A DNA stretch of 42,503 bases. Source: Candidatus Giovannonibacteria bacterium RIFCSPLOWO2_12_FULL_44_15 (GTDB lineage Bacteria; Patescibacteriota; Minisyncoccia; JACPKW01; UBA11713). The notes beneath the pieces are model-generated. The model searched no databases. It saw only the letters and a program-made list of their open reading frames with translations, and was not told where the DNA came from. Location: contig MFIQ01000026.1 in NCBI GenBank assembly GCA_001778905.1, forward strand, positions 1-42,503, read 5' to 3'. Positions 16,876 through 26,722 of this stretch are shown in pieces (positions within the stretch are counted from its first letter, which is position 1; the number at the start of each line of letters is the position of its first letter). Made by a program: the position numbers and the translations under genes.

Positions 16876-17034
16876 ATTAGTAAAGTTTTTCGTAAAAATG
16901 AGAAGGAATTATATCAATGCGAGGAGTGCGGTTTGTTTTATTTGGACAAGAAAATAGCCGAAGAATGCCAAAAGTGGTGCGCTCAGCACAAAAGTTGCAA
17001 TATTGAGATAATAAAACACGCCGTAAAAGATTGA
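16876..17034 (+). CDS. Possible small Cys-rich (zinc-ribbon-like) protein lacking a canonical start
   Basis: 'ELYQCEECGLFYLDKKIAEECQKWCAQHKSCNIEIIKHAVKD' has CxxC...CxxxC...C spacing. The only in-frame ATG/GTG/TTG upstream lies inside the tRNA. ATT at 16876 is the first codon after the tRNA. Confidence 0.3.
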   Translation: MSKVFRKNEKELYQCEECGLFYLDKKIAEECQKWCAQHKSCNIEIIKHAVKD

Positions 17035-17110
17035 ATATCCGGCGCTGCATAGCCTTACAAAAACTCTCCTTTTGTGCTATGGTAATTGAAATTGAAAGGA
17101 GGGGCGCATC

Positions 17111-17341
17111 GTGGACATTCCATCGGAATCGGTTCTTGGAAAGGTTCTTAAAGCTACCAAGATGCTATACGGAGCGACGAAGGTGCCCGGGCAAAAAATG
17201 ACAGAAGAAGAAAGAAAGACATGGATCAAGGGCATCGTTGGAGAAGCAATGGATCTAAACAATGTGCCCGAAGGTCATAGGCACGTGATTATGAGAGTTG
17301 TATGCAGTAAACTAAGAAAGGGTGTTGCCAAGGGAGACTAA
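17111..17341 (+). CDS. Hypothetical small protein (76 aa)
   Basis: GTG start preceded by AAGGAGG with 7-nt spacing. No recognisable domain. Confidence 0.55.
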   Translation: MDIPSESVLGKVLKATKMLYGATKVPGQKMTEEERKTWIKGIVGEAMDLNNVPEGHRHVIMRVVCSKLRKGVAKGD

Positions 17342-17373
17342 ATTACTCAGGTGGACACTATCGCGAGCCATAG

Positions 17374-17420
17374 AAAAGGTCCCCCGTTGCAGAAATGCGA
17401 CGCGGGACTTTTGCTTTATT
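17374..17420. terminator. Imperfect hairpin between convergent genes
   Basis: 'AAAAGGTCCC..GTTGC-AGAAAT-GCGAC..GGGACTTTT' is a long imperfect stem with T-rich flanks. Confidence 0.4.
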
Positions 17421-18507
17421 GTCCAGCGATCTTCAAAATCGCGAGCTCAAGCGGGAGCTGTTGGAGATATGCAATTTTCAAGAGAGGATATGCGTCATTT
17501 AAATTATTCAGGACTGTCTCGAATTTTTTGATATCATTTTCTTTGGCGAAGTTTTTCATGGCATTCAATTCCGATTCGGATATAAAATTTGCTAGTTCTT
17601 TTTCGTAGGCGGGGTCAATTTTAAGATAGAGCATAAACCGAAAATTCCTGATCAAAAGTTTTAGAAAAGATTTCTGGTCAACTTCTTCCTCGGAGCTTTT
17701 GTGGACAATCCACAACGCGGATTTTATATCGCGCTCCAGAATTGCCTTGGTCATGCCCAATAGCAAGTCTCGCGCCGGAACGCCGAAGAGCTTTCTTATC
17801 TCTTCCTCTTCAAGCTCGCCCACGCTCGCGGCAAGCGCCTGGTCTAGCATGCTCTCAGCATCCCTGAGCGATCCTGAAGCTAGAACGGAAATTATGCTCA
17901 AAATTTCCTCATCAACTTTTATTTTCTCCTTCCTGACAATCATATCGAGCGCTTTTTGAATATCCTCCTCCATTATTTTCCGGAATTCAAAGTGCTGGGT
18001 GCGGGAAATTATGGTATCCAAAACTTTTTCGAGCTCGGTTGTCGCAAGAATGAAAATTACGTGCGCCGGGGGTTCCTCGAGCGTTTTTAAAAGCGCATTA
18101 AAAGCTTCTTTGGTCAGCATATGAACCTCGTCGATGATATAAACTTTGTATTTTGCGCGAAACGGCAAAGAGCGAATCCCTTCGCGGAGCGATCTTATCT
18201 CGTCTACCCCGCGCGATGAAGCCGCGTCTATTTCAATCAAATCTAGCCCAACCCCCGAAAAAAATTCTTTGCAAATCTCGCATTTGTTGCAGGGGCGTTT
18301 TTCGGGAGAGTCCTCAAGACAGTTTGCTGCCCGCGCGAAAATCCGCGCAACGGTGGTTTTCCCGGTTCCCGCGGGTCCGGAGAAAAGATACGCATGAGCG
18401 ATTCTATTTTTTAAGATGGAGGCGCGAAGGACTTCTACAACCGATTTTTGGCCGACGATCTCGCCGAAATCCTGCGGGCGATATTTCCGATAGAGCACCT
18501 CGCTCAT
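17416..18507 (-). CDS. dnaX: DNA polymerase III subunit gamma/tau (short form)
   Basis: 'YRPQDFGEIVGQ', Walker A 'GPAGTGKTT', Zn module 'CNKCEICKEF' and 'IIDEVHMLT'. Confidence 0.95.
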   Translation of the reverse strand: MSEVLYRKYRPQDFGEIVGQKSVVEVLRASILKNRIAHAYLFSGPAGTGKTTVARIFARAANCLEDSPEKRPCNKCEICKEFFSGVGLDLIEIDAASSRGVDEIRSLREGIRSLPFRAKYKVYIIDEVHMLTKEAFNALLKTLEEPPAHVIFILATTELEKVLDTIISRTQHFEFRKIMEEDIQKALDMIVRKEKIKVDEEILSIISVLASGSLRDAESMLDQALAASVGELEEEEIRKLFGVPARDLLLGMTKAILERDIKSALWIVHKSSEEEVDQKSFLKLLIRNFRFMLYLKIDPAYEKELANFISESELNAMKNFAKENDIKKFETVLNNLNDAYPLLKIAYLQQLPLELAILKIAGQ

Positions 18508-19115
18508 TTTTTTTGCGCGAAAACTATAAATCTATATCCGATAAAATTCCAGATTAACGCTATGGCGCTTGCGACAACTTTTGCGATATTCAGCCACTCT
18601 TTGGTGTCGAACGCCGCGGGACTCGAAATATATGTCGTTAAAATAATTATAACGCCGCTATTGATCAAGAGGCCCAAGACGGTAACGGTCAGAAATTTAG
18701 GAAAGTCGTGGAAAAGCGATCCTTCTCCCGAGGCGGAAGGAAAGACCCATAATTTATTCCACAGATACCCGTTCGTAACCGCAACCAAAAAACCTGGGAT
18801 ATTAATGAGGCCGACCGTTGTCCCCGCAGTAACCCGCGTCGCGTCACTTACGAGGTTTAATACAGCAAAATCAATTGAGGCGCTCAAAAATCCGACTGTC
18901 GCGAATTTTCCAAACTGCTTGAAAAATGGGACAAAACGCGAAAGAAAATATCCAAGCCATACGCCCCCGCCCCACAATATCGGGATTCCGCCCAAGATAA
19001 TCAAGTTCTTATTTTGAAAATTGATAGATAAGTAAAAGAATATTGTCAAAACAAAAAAGCCGGTTAAAATTCCGACAACGGCACCGATCAAGATATCCTT
19101 CTTCATAGATAACAT
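18504..19115 (-). CDS. GtrA-family membrane protein
   Basis: 'FGKFATVGFLSASIDFAVLNL' and 'NGYLWNKLWVF' are GtrA-like motifs. Four to five TM helices. Confidence 0.75.
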   Translation of the reverse strand: MLSMKKDILIGAVVGILTGFFVLTIFFYLSINFQNKNLIILGGIPILWGGGVWLGYFLSRFVPFFKQFGKFATVGFLSASIDFAVLNLVSDATRVTAGTTVGLINIPGFLVAVTNGYLWNKLWVFPSASGEGSLFHDFPKFLTVTVLGLLINSGVIIILTTYISSPAAFDTKEWLNIAKVVASAIALIWNFIGYRFIVFAQKK

Positions 19116-19134
19116 AATACCATATAATTACTTC

Positions 19135-20769
19135 ATGTCTGGTAAAGCATTTTTGGCGCTTCTAGGAATTATTGCGCTTTCGGTATTTTTGCGTTTCTGG
19201 GACCTTGGATCGACTCCCCCTGGCCTTTACCCCGACGAGGCCATGAATGGGAATGATGCCTCTGAAGCACTGGCAAATAAACAATTCGAAGTATTCTATC
19301 GGGATAATAACGGTCGTGAAGGCCTTTTCATAAATATCCAAGCGCTCTCTATATCAATTTTTGGAAACAAACCATGGGCCCTTCGCGGAGTTTCCGGAAT
19401 CTTTGGAGTTTTTACTGTCCTCGGCATTTTTCTACTTTCACGGGAAATGTTTCGTTCGCGCCAAAATCGCGATAGACTCGCGCTTCTTGCCGCTTTCTTT
19501 CTTGCTACAAGTTTCTGGCACATTAATTTTTCGCGGATCGGCTTTCGCGCTATCATGGCTCCATTCTTTCTTGTCTGGGGGCTATATTTTTTCTTCAGAT
19601 TTTATAAGGATATTGGATCGGCGCCCTCGCAAATAATATCGGCTGCGGCAGGCGGGCTTTTATTCGGCCTCGGCTTCCATAGTTATATTGCTTACCGCGC
19701 CGCCCCACTTCTCCTTCTCCCGCTTATAATTTCGGGATGGAATAAGCCGCGCCGCGATACTTGTTTCCCCTGCCTTGCCTTAATCTTCATACTATTCGCC
19801 GCGATAGCTTTTATCCCCTTAGGATTATTTTTCTTCGACCACCCGGCGGATTTTTTCGGACGAACCTCGCAGATTTCCGTTTTCTCCGAACCATTGCCGC
19901 TCAAGGCTTTCGTTATAAATGCGGCCAAGACGATAGGGATGTTCTGGATATACGGAGATCCAAATTGGCGTCATAATTTTTCAGGCGCGCCGGAGCTTTC
20001 AATTATAGTCGGGATATTTTTCTTAATAGGCGTAATCATAGCCAAAATAAATATATTCAAAAAATCTTCCGATCTAACGGAGCGATTCAATTCCGCATTC
20101 CTTATTTTCTGGATTGCGCTCATGCTCATCCCCGTAATGATATCTTCCGAGGGGCTTCCTCACGCGCTTAGAAGCATTATCGCGATTCCACCGGTTATGA
20201 TCTTATCTGCCTTCGGGCTCGAGAAAATAATAGAATATTCAAAGAGGTGGCTCAAAAAAAACAGGGAAAAACATCCGGGACATTCACACCAGCTTTCAAG
20301 AATCGGGAAAGAGTTCGGCCTTCTTTTGGCGGTTATGGTAATAGCAATCGCGGCTAACGCGTACGACACATATTTCAACCGATGGGCGAGGCATCCGGAA
20401 GTACCCGCTGCCTTTAATACGCACGACTGGAATATTGCGCAGTATTTAAATACGCTCCCTGACAATGTCGATAAATACATCGTGATTGCTGGCGAACGAT
20501 TGGACGGACGAATTGTTACGATCTCAAGCCAATCGGTTTTATTTGGGACAGATACCTTTCTTCCCGAAGCCCGGATGCGCAAAAATTTTCATTACCTTTC
20601 TCCGGAAGACCTAGATGCCGAATTTCAAAAGAAACTTCCGGAACAAGCGGTGGTCGTTTTTCTCACGAAAGAAGATAAAAATTTTGCCTCCTCTCTCGTG
20701 AAAAAATACTCAAGAATCAGGCTTGCTGTTCCCGGAGATTTTATTGCCCTTATTATTTCCCCTCTTTAA
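19135..20769 (+). CDS. Glycosyltransferase family 39 (ArnT/PMT-like, lipid-carrier dependent)
   Basis: 544 aa, polytopic. N-terminal 'LGSTPPGLYPDEAMNGNDA' loop is typical of GT39/ArnT-like enzymes. Confidence 0.75.
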   Translation: MSGKAFLALLGIIALSVFLRFWDLGSTPPGLYPDEAMNGNDASEALANKQFEVFYRDNNGREGLFINIQALSISIFGNKPWALRGVSGIFGVFTVLGIFLLSREMFRSRQNRDRLALLAAFFLATSFWHINFSRIGFRAIMAPFFLVWGLYFFFRFYKDIGSAPSQIISAAAGGLLFGLGFHSYIAYRAAPLLLLPLIISGWNKPRRDTCFPCLALIFILFAAIAFIPLGLFFFDHPADFFGRTSQISVFSEPLPLKAFVINAAKTIGMFWIYGDPNWRHNFSGAPELSIIVGIFFLIGVIIAKINIFKKSSDLTERFNSAFLIFWIALMLIPVMISSEGLPHALRSIIAIPPVMILSAFGLEKIIEYSKRWLKKNREKHPGHSHQLSRIGKEFGLLLAVMVIAIAANAYDTYFNRWARHPEVPAAFNTHDWNIAQYLNTLPDNVDKYIVIAGERLDGRIVTISSQSVLFGTDTFLPEARMRKNFHYLSPEDLDAEFQKKLPEQAVVVFLTKEDKNFASSLVKKYSRIRLAVPGDFIALIISPL

Positions 20770-20903
20770 TCTCCAAATAAAAAATAATGTTATGATAAAA
20801 ATGACGGCTAAAAGTTCGGGCGGAAATATGATTCGGGCCATCGCCAGAATGATTTTGATATACTGCTCGATAAAATCTCCCATACAGTAAAAGTATATTC
20901 CAT

Positions 20904-22730
20904 ATGACAAAAAAATACACCATTATCCCTGCCTTCTTTATCCTCGGAGTAATGTTCCTCCTTTTGTTTACATCGGCCCTGAATGATTCCGCAACTTTCG
21001 ACGAAGTGGCCCATATAGGCGCCGGATACACTTATCTGAAATACAAAGACTCGCGGTTAAATCCGGAACATCCCCCTCTGATGAAGGATTTGGCAGCTTT
21101 GCCTCTCATGTTCATGGATTTGAAATTTGATATAAGCCAGCCATTTTGGAATTCTGAAAACGTAAACGACAGGCAGTGGATAGCCGGCAACCTGCTCTTA
21201 TACGGCTCGGGGAATGACCCGGATAAAATAATATTCTGGTCGCGCCTTCCGATAATGCTCTTAGCGCTCGTCTTCGGATGGCTTTTATTCCGCTGGGTAG
21301 GATCGCTTTACGGAGAGAGGGTCGGGCTCATGGTCCTTTTTCTTTACGCATTCTCTCCGACCTTTCTCGCCCATTCGAGGTACGTAACAACGGATGTTGC
21401 GGCTGCTTTTGGATTTTTCATCGGGCTCGCAAGTTTTTTAAGATTTCTCATACGTCCAACTTTAAAACGCACGCTCGTCGCCGGAATATGCCTCGGCATT
21501 GCTTTGCTTCTTAAATTTTCTCTTTTTCTCTTGCTCCCGATATACGCTGGCCTTGCAATCCTTTGGATTTTCCTCGAAGCTAGAGAAAATTCGTACAATT
21601 TTAAATTTGCTTGGGCGCTCGCTGGGAAAATTATTTTAATAGGCGTCATAGCTCTCTTGATAATTTGGGCGTTCTATATATATCACGTCTGGAACTATCC
21701 GCAGCCGGAGCAGCTCCGCGATGAGACCTGGGTCATGGGCACTTTTGGCAAGCGCTATCTCGTTGATATTGATACCTTTTTGATCAGAAATAAATACACT
21801 CGTCCGTTGGGGCAATATTACTTGGGGTTATTGATGGTCATCCAGCGGGCCCGCGGAGGCAATACGACATATTTTATGGGCGAGGTTTCCTCATCCGGAT
21901 GGCCGAATTATTTTCCCACCGCATATCTCATAAAAGAAACTATCTCATTTCACGTCCTTACGCTATTTGCGGTTTTCCTTTCTCTCCGTAGAATTAAGCG
22001 AAGCAAAGAAAAAAATATCGTGGTGCTCCTGGATTGGGCGAAAGGCAATTTTGTGCTTTTGGCCTGCATATTATTTATATCGGTTTATTGGATATATTCC
22101 ATGAAAGGCATATTAAATATCGGAGTCAGGCACGTCCTGCCGACTTTCCCCTTCATTTATCTCTTGGTCGCGCGTGAACTTGCGGCGTGGATTTATCGCC
22201 CTGCCTCGGATTCACCTAATGGACTTATGGACTGGATTAATCTCATATACGAAAAAATATTTGAGCCCCTACCGAAAATTCTATTTTTGGCGCTAATGTT
22301 TTTGTGGATTTTTGGCTCCGCAATATTGACCTATCCCTACTATCTTTCGTACTATAACGAATTTGTCGGGATCGATAACGGTTACAAATATATCGGGGAC
22401 TCCAATTACGACTGGGGGCAGGACTTAAAGCGCTTGCGCGACTTGATCCAAGACGATCCAGCTTTCGCCGGGAAAAAAATATACCTAAACTATTTCGGTG
22501 GAGGTTCTCCAAGTTATTATCTTGGAGAAAAATATGAAGATTGGTGGTCGGCAAAAGGCGCGCCATCTTCAGGATCATACTTCGCGGTTTCCTCGACTCT
22601 TCTCGCTGGCGCCCAAGGAAGACCGACTAAAGGAATCGTCATTAAGCCCGAGGATTCGTATAGCTGGCTTCTGGGCGAGGAACCCGTAGCCCGCGCCGGA
22701 AAATCTATTTTGATATATAAAATTCCCTAG
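20904..22730 (+). CDS. Glycosyltransferase family 39 (ArnT/PMT-like), second copy
   Basis: 608 aa, polytopic. 'DSATFDEVAHIGAGYTYLKYKDSRLNPEHPPLMKDLAALPL' is a common GT39 N-terminal loop. Confidence 0.75.
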   Translation: MTKKYTIIPAFFILGVMFLLLFTSALNDSATFDEVAHIGAGYTYLKYKDSRLNPEHPPLMKDLAALPLMFMDLKFDISQPFWNSENVNDRQWIAGNLLLYGSGNDPDKIIFWSRLPIMLLALVFGWLLFRWVGSLYGERVGLMVLFLYAFSPTFLAHSRYVTTDVAAAFGFFIGLASFLRFLIRPTLKRTLVAGICLGIALLLKFSLFLLLPIYAGLAILWIFLEARENSYNFKFAWALAGKIILIGVIALLIIWAFYIYHVWNYPQPEQLRDETWVMGTFGKRYLVDIDTFLIRNKYTRPLGQYYLGLLMVIQRARGGNTTYFMGEVSSSGWPNYFPTAYLIKETISFHVLTLFAVFLSLRRIKRSKEKNIVVLLDWAKGNFVLLACILFISVYWIYSMKGILNIGVRHVLPTFPFIYLLVARELAAWIYRPASDSPNGLMDWINLIYEKIFEPLPKILFLALMFLWIFGSAILTYPYYLSYYNEFVGIDNGYKYIGDSNYDWGQDLKRLRDLIQDDPAFAGKKIYLNYFGGGSPSYYLGEKYEDWWSAKGAPSSGSYFAVSSTLLAGAQGRPTKGIVIKPEDSYSWLLGEEPVARAGKSILIYKIP

Positions 22731-22733
22731 CTC

Positions 22734-24182
22734 TTACCAATTAATGCATTCTGGGTCGCCTGCCGCAGCAATTTGTGAAGTGTAATCGGTTTGCAACTTT
22801 TCCTGCCATACTGCGAGATCGCGAATCAAATCTTGCGGAATTACCCCCCCGCGCCAGAATATTGGCTGCTCTCCCCGCGGCACGCAATATAAATTACTCC
22901 CCGCTTCGAGGTTAGAAACACGGGAAGAATCTGCTGAGATAAACACATTATTTATATTTATCTCTGGGTATCGAATACCTCGGAAACGGTTGTTGAAAAT
23001 CTTTATATCGGTGCTCGGGAGGCATCCTTGGCCATTTCGGCAGCCGTCAGTATGGGCCGGATTCTCCGTTCCAAAATCAACGCCAATTTTAGCGCGGGTT
23101 ACGGAATTATTATTAAATGAGCAATTTAAACAATGGGAAATTCCTACTGCGCTATGCACATTTTCAAATGTATTGCCTTCTGCCCGAATATCATATGCCT
23201 CATAGTCATTAAGGTGTTTAGAGCTTCCGTCGGCGCCCAGAGCTAATATCGGCTTTTCTATTTTTAGGTTTAAGAAGCGATTGTTGCGTATCAATACATT
23301 GCGCGCCCCGAACTTAAATCCGAATCCCCCGCCGTCGCGCACCGTATTATTTTCAACGATCCAGTCGCGCGCTTTTGTACCGTCGATTGCTTGCTCGTTG
23401 GGGCCGCTGAATTCGTTACCATAGATATATACCGGCCCTTTGTCATCCGTCGCCTTAATTGAATCGCTATCTTCGCTGTATGAGCCGATAAGCTTGTTGC
23501 ATCTGATATGAGTATTGATTGCGCCGATTTGAATATTGCGCCCATAAGCATTGTCAAATGTGAGCCCTTGTACAATTACATTGCTTCCGTATATTTCAAA
23601 AATCGTCCAAATTTTTCCCGGGGCATCCGGGTAGTTGCACGTAGCAATATTTGTCGGGCAAGTTCCGTCAATAATTGCTTCCTCTCCGTTATAATTCATC
23701 AAAACTACGGATTCGGTGTCCGATTGTCCATTAGCGTGGATTATCAGGGGCTGAAGCGGTTCTTTTGGAAAAAGTTTTAGGGGATGGATAAAGTAAGTCC
23801 CTTTGCGAACTTTTACCGTTACGGATTTCGTGCCGAAATTACCTTCCGAGGTAAGAAAAAGTTTCTCGCGTACACGGGACGAAGTAAAATCTTTAAACGG
23901 ACAATGATTGCCTCCTTCATTAGTTGGCGCCAAACCATCGCACTGTTCATTATCTGCCCCCGGCTCATTGACGGCAACATAATAGATAGCATCTGTGTTG
24001 GGCGTAATTAGAGATTCGGCGCACATTGGAAGAATAGTGGCCGAAAGATCGTTAATAGTCGTTGAGCTTGATCCAGGACGGCTTGTATCAAGTCCCGAAT
24101 CATTTATGTATTTAAACCAAATGAATAAGGCCGCTATAACAATTAATAACAAGATAATTATATATATTAAAAGTTTTTTCAT
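22734..24182 (-). CDS. Membrane-anchored right-handed parallel beta-helix repeat protein
   Basis: N-terminal TM. Repeated 'N..(V/I)..N.F' rungs ('VENNTVRDGGGFGFKFGARNVLIRNNRFLN', 'EGNTFENV', 'FNNNSVT', 'IFNNRFRG'). Confidence 0.7.
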   Translation of the reverse strand: MKKLLIYIIILLLIVIAALFIWFKYINDSGLDTSRPGSSSTTINDLSATILPMCAESLITPNTDAIYYVAVNEPGADNEQCDGLAPTNEGGNHCPFKDFTSSRVREKLFLTSEGNFGTKSVTVKVRKGTYFIHPLKLFPKEPLQPLIIHANGQSDTESVVLMNYNGEEAIIDGTCPTNIATCNYPDAPGKIWTIFEIYGSNVIVQGLTFDNAYGRNIQIGAINTHIRCNKLIGSYSEDSDSIKATDDKGPVYIYGNEFSGPNEQAIDGTKARDWIVENNTVRDGGGFGFKFGARNVLIRNNRFLNLKIEKPILALGADGSSKHLNDYEAYDIRAEGNTFENVHSAVGISHCLNCSFNNNSVTRAKIGVDFGTENPAHTDGCRNGQGCLPSTDIKIFNNRFRGIRYPEININNVFISADSSRVSNLEAGSNLYCVPRGEQPIFWRGGVIPQDLIRDLAVWQEKLQTDYTSQIAAAGDPECINW

Positions 24183-24196
24183 ATAACAACGCGGAA

Positions 24197-24997
24197 TTAA
24201 AATTTATAAAAAACTTTGTCCGGGAAACGTAAATCCACGTATTCGAGCGCATTAGATTTTTCCTTTATCTCGCCTGACCTAAGCGCAAGCGAGAGATTTT
24301 CCAGAGATTTCTCGATATCGGTCTCGGCGTCTATTATCATATAGAAGCCGTTCTTGGGATATAAATAATAAGTTTCTCCGTCCTTTTTTATATATATCTT
24401 AACGATATCACTTTGAATAATCTTAGCAATGCCTTCCGTCATCCGGGATATTTTATTAAAATCTTCAGGCGGCAAAATATTTTTATGCAAGAAATCATCT
24501 TCTCTCGCATCCACAATGCTCAATATTACTCCTCCCGATAAGGCTGCTGATTTATCAAACGCAAACCCTCCTTCATCCAAAAGGAGGCAGCTATTTCCGT
24601 TCTCGGAACACCAAATCGCCCAAGTTTTCCGCTCGGTTATTGATATATCGAGAGTTGAGGGAAACTCTTTTTTGACTTCGAAATCCCTAAACCTATATTT
24701 CCCGGACAAAATATCTTCAATATTTTTTTTGGGCAAAAACAGCATATGATCCCGCGGAATGATAAGCCATTTTATTCCCTCAAGCGCTCCGAGGATTTCC
24801 GCGCGCAATTCTTTCTCATCAATCTTATCGAGTCCGGAAATATTTATGGTGGATGCGCGCAACGACGGCACATAAAATAAAAGTGTCGCGACGGCGGATG
24901 CTATTCCCAAAATACCGATCCCGAAAAGGACTTTAATAACAATGCCTCTCTGATGCCTCCTATGAGACGTTTTTAGAAGATCTTGGCGTAATGACAT
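24197..24997 (-). CDS. ftsQ: FtsQ/DivIB-like cell-division protein (POTRA domain)
   Basis: N-terminal TM followed by 'INISGLDKIDEKELRAEI' (POTRA). I prefer ATG 24997 ('MSLRQ'). It overlaps the serS 3' end. Confidence 0.6.
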   Translation of the reverse strand: MSLRQDLLKTSHRRHQRGIVIKVLFGIGILGIASAVATLLFYVPSLRASTINISGLDKIDEKELRAEILGALEGIKWLIIPRDHMLFLPKKNIEDILSGKYRFRDFEVKKEFPSTLDISITERKTWAIWCSENGNSCLLLDEGGFAFDKSAALSGGVILSIVDAREDDFLHKNILPPEDFNKISRMTEGIAKIIQSDIVKIYIKKDGETYYLYPKNGFYMIIDAETDIEKSLENLSLALRSGEIKEKSNALEYVDLRFPDKVFYKF

Positions 24998-26243
24998 CTT
25001 TACCAATATATTTCCTCAACACCTCCGGAATTAGAACCGAGCCGTCTTCTATTTGGTGATTTTCGAGCAGGGACTGCAAAATTCTCGGGGTCGCAATCGC
25101 GGTGTTGTTCAGAGAATGCGCAAAGCGGGTTTTGCCGTCAGCTGATTTGTACCGTATTTTAAGCCGCCTAGTCTGGAAGTCGTGGACGATTGAAGATGAA
25201 TGCGATTCGCGGTAGCGCTTCTCTGAAGGTATCCACGCCTCGATGTCGTACATTTTAACAAATCCAAAAGGCAGGTCCCCCGCGCAATTTATCACTACTC
25301 TATACGGCAATTCGAGCGCCTGGAGAATCTCCTCGGAATACTTGGTAAGTTCTTCGTGCCACCTGACTGATTCCTGGTGCTCCGCCTTGCATAAAATAAT
25401 TTGCTCTACTTTCATAAATTCATGGAGGCGATAAACTCCTTTTTCGTCCTTGCCGTACGAACCAGCTTCTCTCCGATAACACGGGGAAAATGCAACATAT
25501 TTTTTTGGCAATTCCTCCTCCAATAAAATTTCATTTTCGTGATATCCCATCATAGGAATCTCCGCGGATGGTACTAAGAATAAATTGTCGTCTGTCGCGT
25601 ATAAATCCTCCCTAAATAAAGGCAGTTTGCCAGCCTCAATAAAAATATTTTCTTTGACAAGCGACGGCGCGATAAACGGAGTGAATCCTTTCTGCACCAA
25701 ATAATCGAGCGCGAATTGCCAAAGGGCCATAGAAAGCAAGGCCCCTTCATTTTTCAAAAAATACCCACGAAATCCCGAGACCTTTGTCCCCCGTTCCAAG
25801 TCGACCAAGTCCAGTTCGCGCAACAGAGTGTGGTGATCGCGGATTTTGAAGTTGAAATTTTTGGGTTCGCCGACTTTCCTGATCTCAACGTTATCCTCAT
25901 CCGACTTCCCCTCGGGAACGGTGGGATCGGGTATATTCGGGACCAAAAGCATCAGGCGCCGGAATTCTTCATCAATTTTAGAAAATTCTGCTTCTTTTTT
26001 CTGCAAACTTTCTTTCAGTTGCTTTAAATCGTCTAGCTTATCTTTTGAACCTTGCCTACCGGCAGGCAGGAAATTCTCAGACGCTTTATTCTGCTCTTCA
26101 CGCAGAGCCTCCACTTCCTTGATCAGCGCCCGCCTAGCTTCATCTATTTTCAAAAGTCTCTCAAGATCAAAACTATAATGCCTTTTTGAAATCGCCTGCT
26201 TAAGCAGGTCGGGATTTTCACGTATAAATTTCATGTCCAGCAT
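24960..26243 (-). CDS. serS: Seryl-tRNA synthetase
   Basis: 'MLDMKFIRENPDLL' and a coiled-coil arm. Class II motifs 'FSPCYRREAGSYG' and 'TAIATPRIL'. Confidence 0.95.
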   Translation of the reverse strand: MLDMKFIRENPDLLKQAISKRHYSFDLERLLKIDEARRALIKEVEALREEQNKASENFLPAGRQGSKDKLDDLKQLKESLQKKEAEFSKIDEEFRRLMLLVPNIPDPTVPEGKSDEDNVEIRKVGEPKNFNFKIRDHHTLLRELDLVDLERGTKVSGFRGYFLKNEGALLSMALWQFALDYLVQKGFTPFIAPSLVKENIFIEAGKLPLFREDLYATDDNLFLVPSAEIPMMGYHENEILLEEELPKKYVAFSPCYRREAGSYGKDEKGVYRLHEFMKVEQIILCKAEHQESVRWHEELTKYSEEILQALELPYRVVINCAGDLPFGFVKMYDIEAWIPSEKRYRESHSSSIVHDFQTRRLKIRYKSADGKTRFAHSLNNTAIATPRILQSLLENHQIEDGSVLIPEVLRKYIGKDVITPRSSKNVS

Positions 26244-26254
26244 AACTTTTAGAA

Positions 26255-26288
26255 TAAATCAAAAAGGCCCATTTGAAAAGGCCTTTTT
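26255..26288 (-). terminator. Rho-independent terminator after the membrane-protein gene
   Basis: AAAAAGGCC (26261-26269) pairs with GGCCTTTTT (26280-26288). A T-run follows on the minus strand. Confidence 0.6.
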
Positions 26289-26304
26289 GATTTTATCGCG
26301 TAAA

Positions 26305-26712
26305 TTATCTTATATTCTTCTGGGAAAACGCCATCCTTGCCGTTCGAGTCCAATAATTAATGGATTCCCTAACAAGCTTTCTGCCAAAATATAATGCCAG
26401 AAGCGTCGCCGAAGCGGATATCGCAAATAGATCCCATTCAGTCTTTTGAACCGCGACAAGTATGTACTTAACAAGGCCGAGCAAATCCAGCGATGCCATT
26501 CTAGCCGATAGATTCTCAATTATAACAGCGACGTGCTGGGCCTTTATGGCGTAATAAAGCACTGTCCCGGAAACCGCAATCACGAACGAGGCGGGAACAA
26601 ATACTTTCCGCATAAACCATATAAAATGCACGCGCCTCAAAACACGACTCTTAAGGTCGTCTAATTCATGCTCGCTCCAATTTATATTATTTTTATTTTC
26701 CATATTTTGCAT
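26305..26712 (-). CDS. Small membrane protein downstream of the ECF sigma (candidate anti-sigma partner)
   Basis: 135 aa with 2-3 TM helices, 10 nt after the sigma gene. No zf-HC2 or other anti-sigma motif recognised. Confidence 0.5.
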   Translation of the reverse strand: MQNMENKNNINWSEHELDDLKSRVLRRVHFIWFMRKVFVPASFVIAVSGTVLYYAIKAQHVAVIIENLSARMASLDLLGLVKYILVAVQKTEWDLFAISASATLLALYFGRKLVRESINYWTRTARMAFSQKNIR

Positions 26713-26722
26713 ACAAATTTAT

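Noticed and set aside
16802-17415. Integrated mobile element at the tRNA-Gln 3' end.
   Set aside because: No integrase or recombinase, and no direct repeat of the tRNA 3' end. Only two tiny ORFs lie before dnaX.
18448-19017. 189-aa plus-strand ORF.
   Set aside because: It is entirely antisense to the GtrA-family gene and the dnaX 5' end, both of which have clear family motifs.
20710-21031. Small minus-strand ORFs (66-92 aa) between and over the two GT39 genes.
   Set aside because: They have TTG or weak starts and overlap the ends of both GT39 genes. There is no SD and no motifs.
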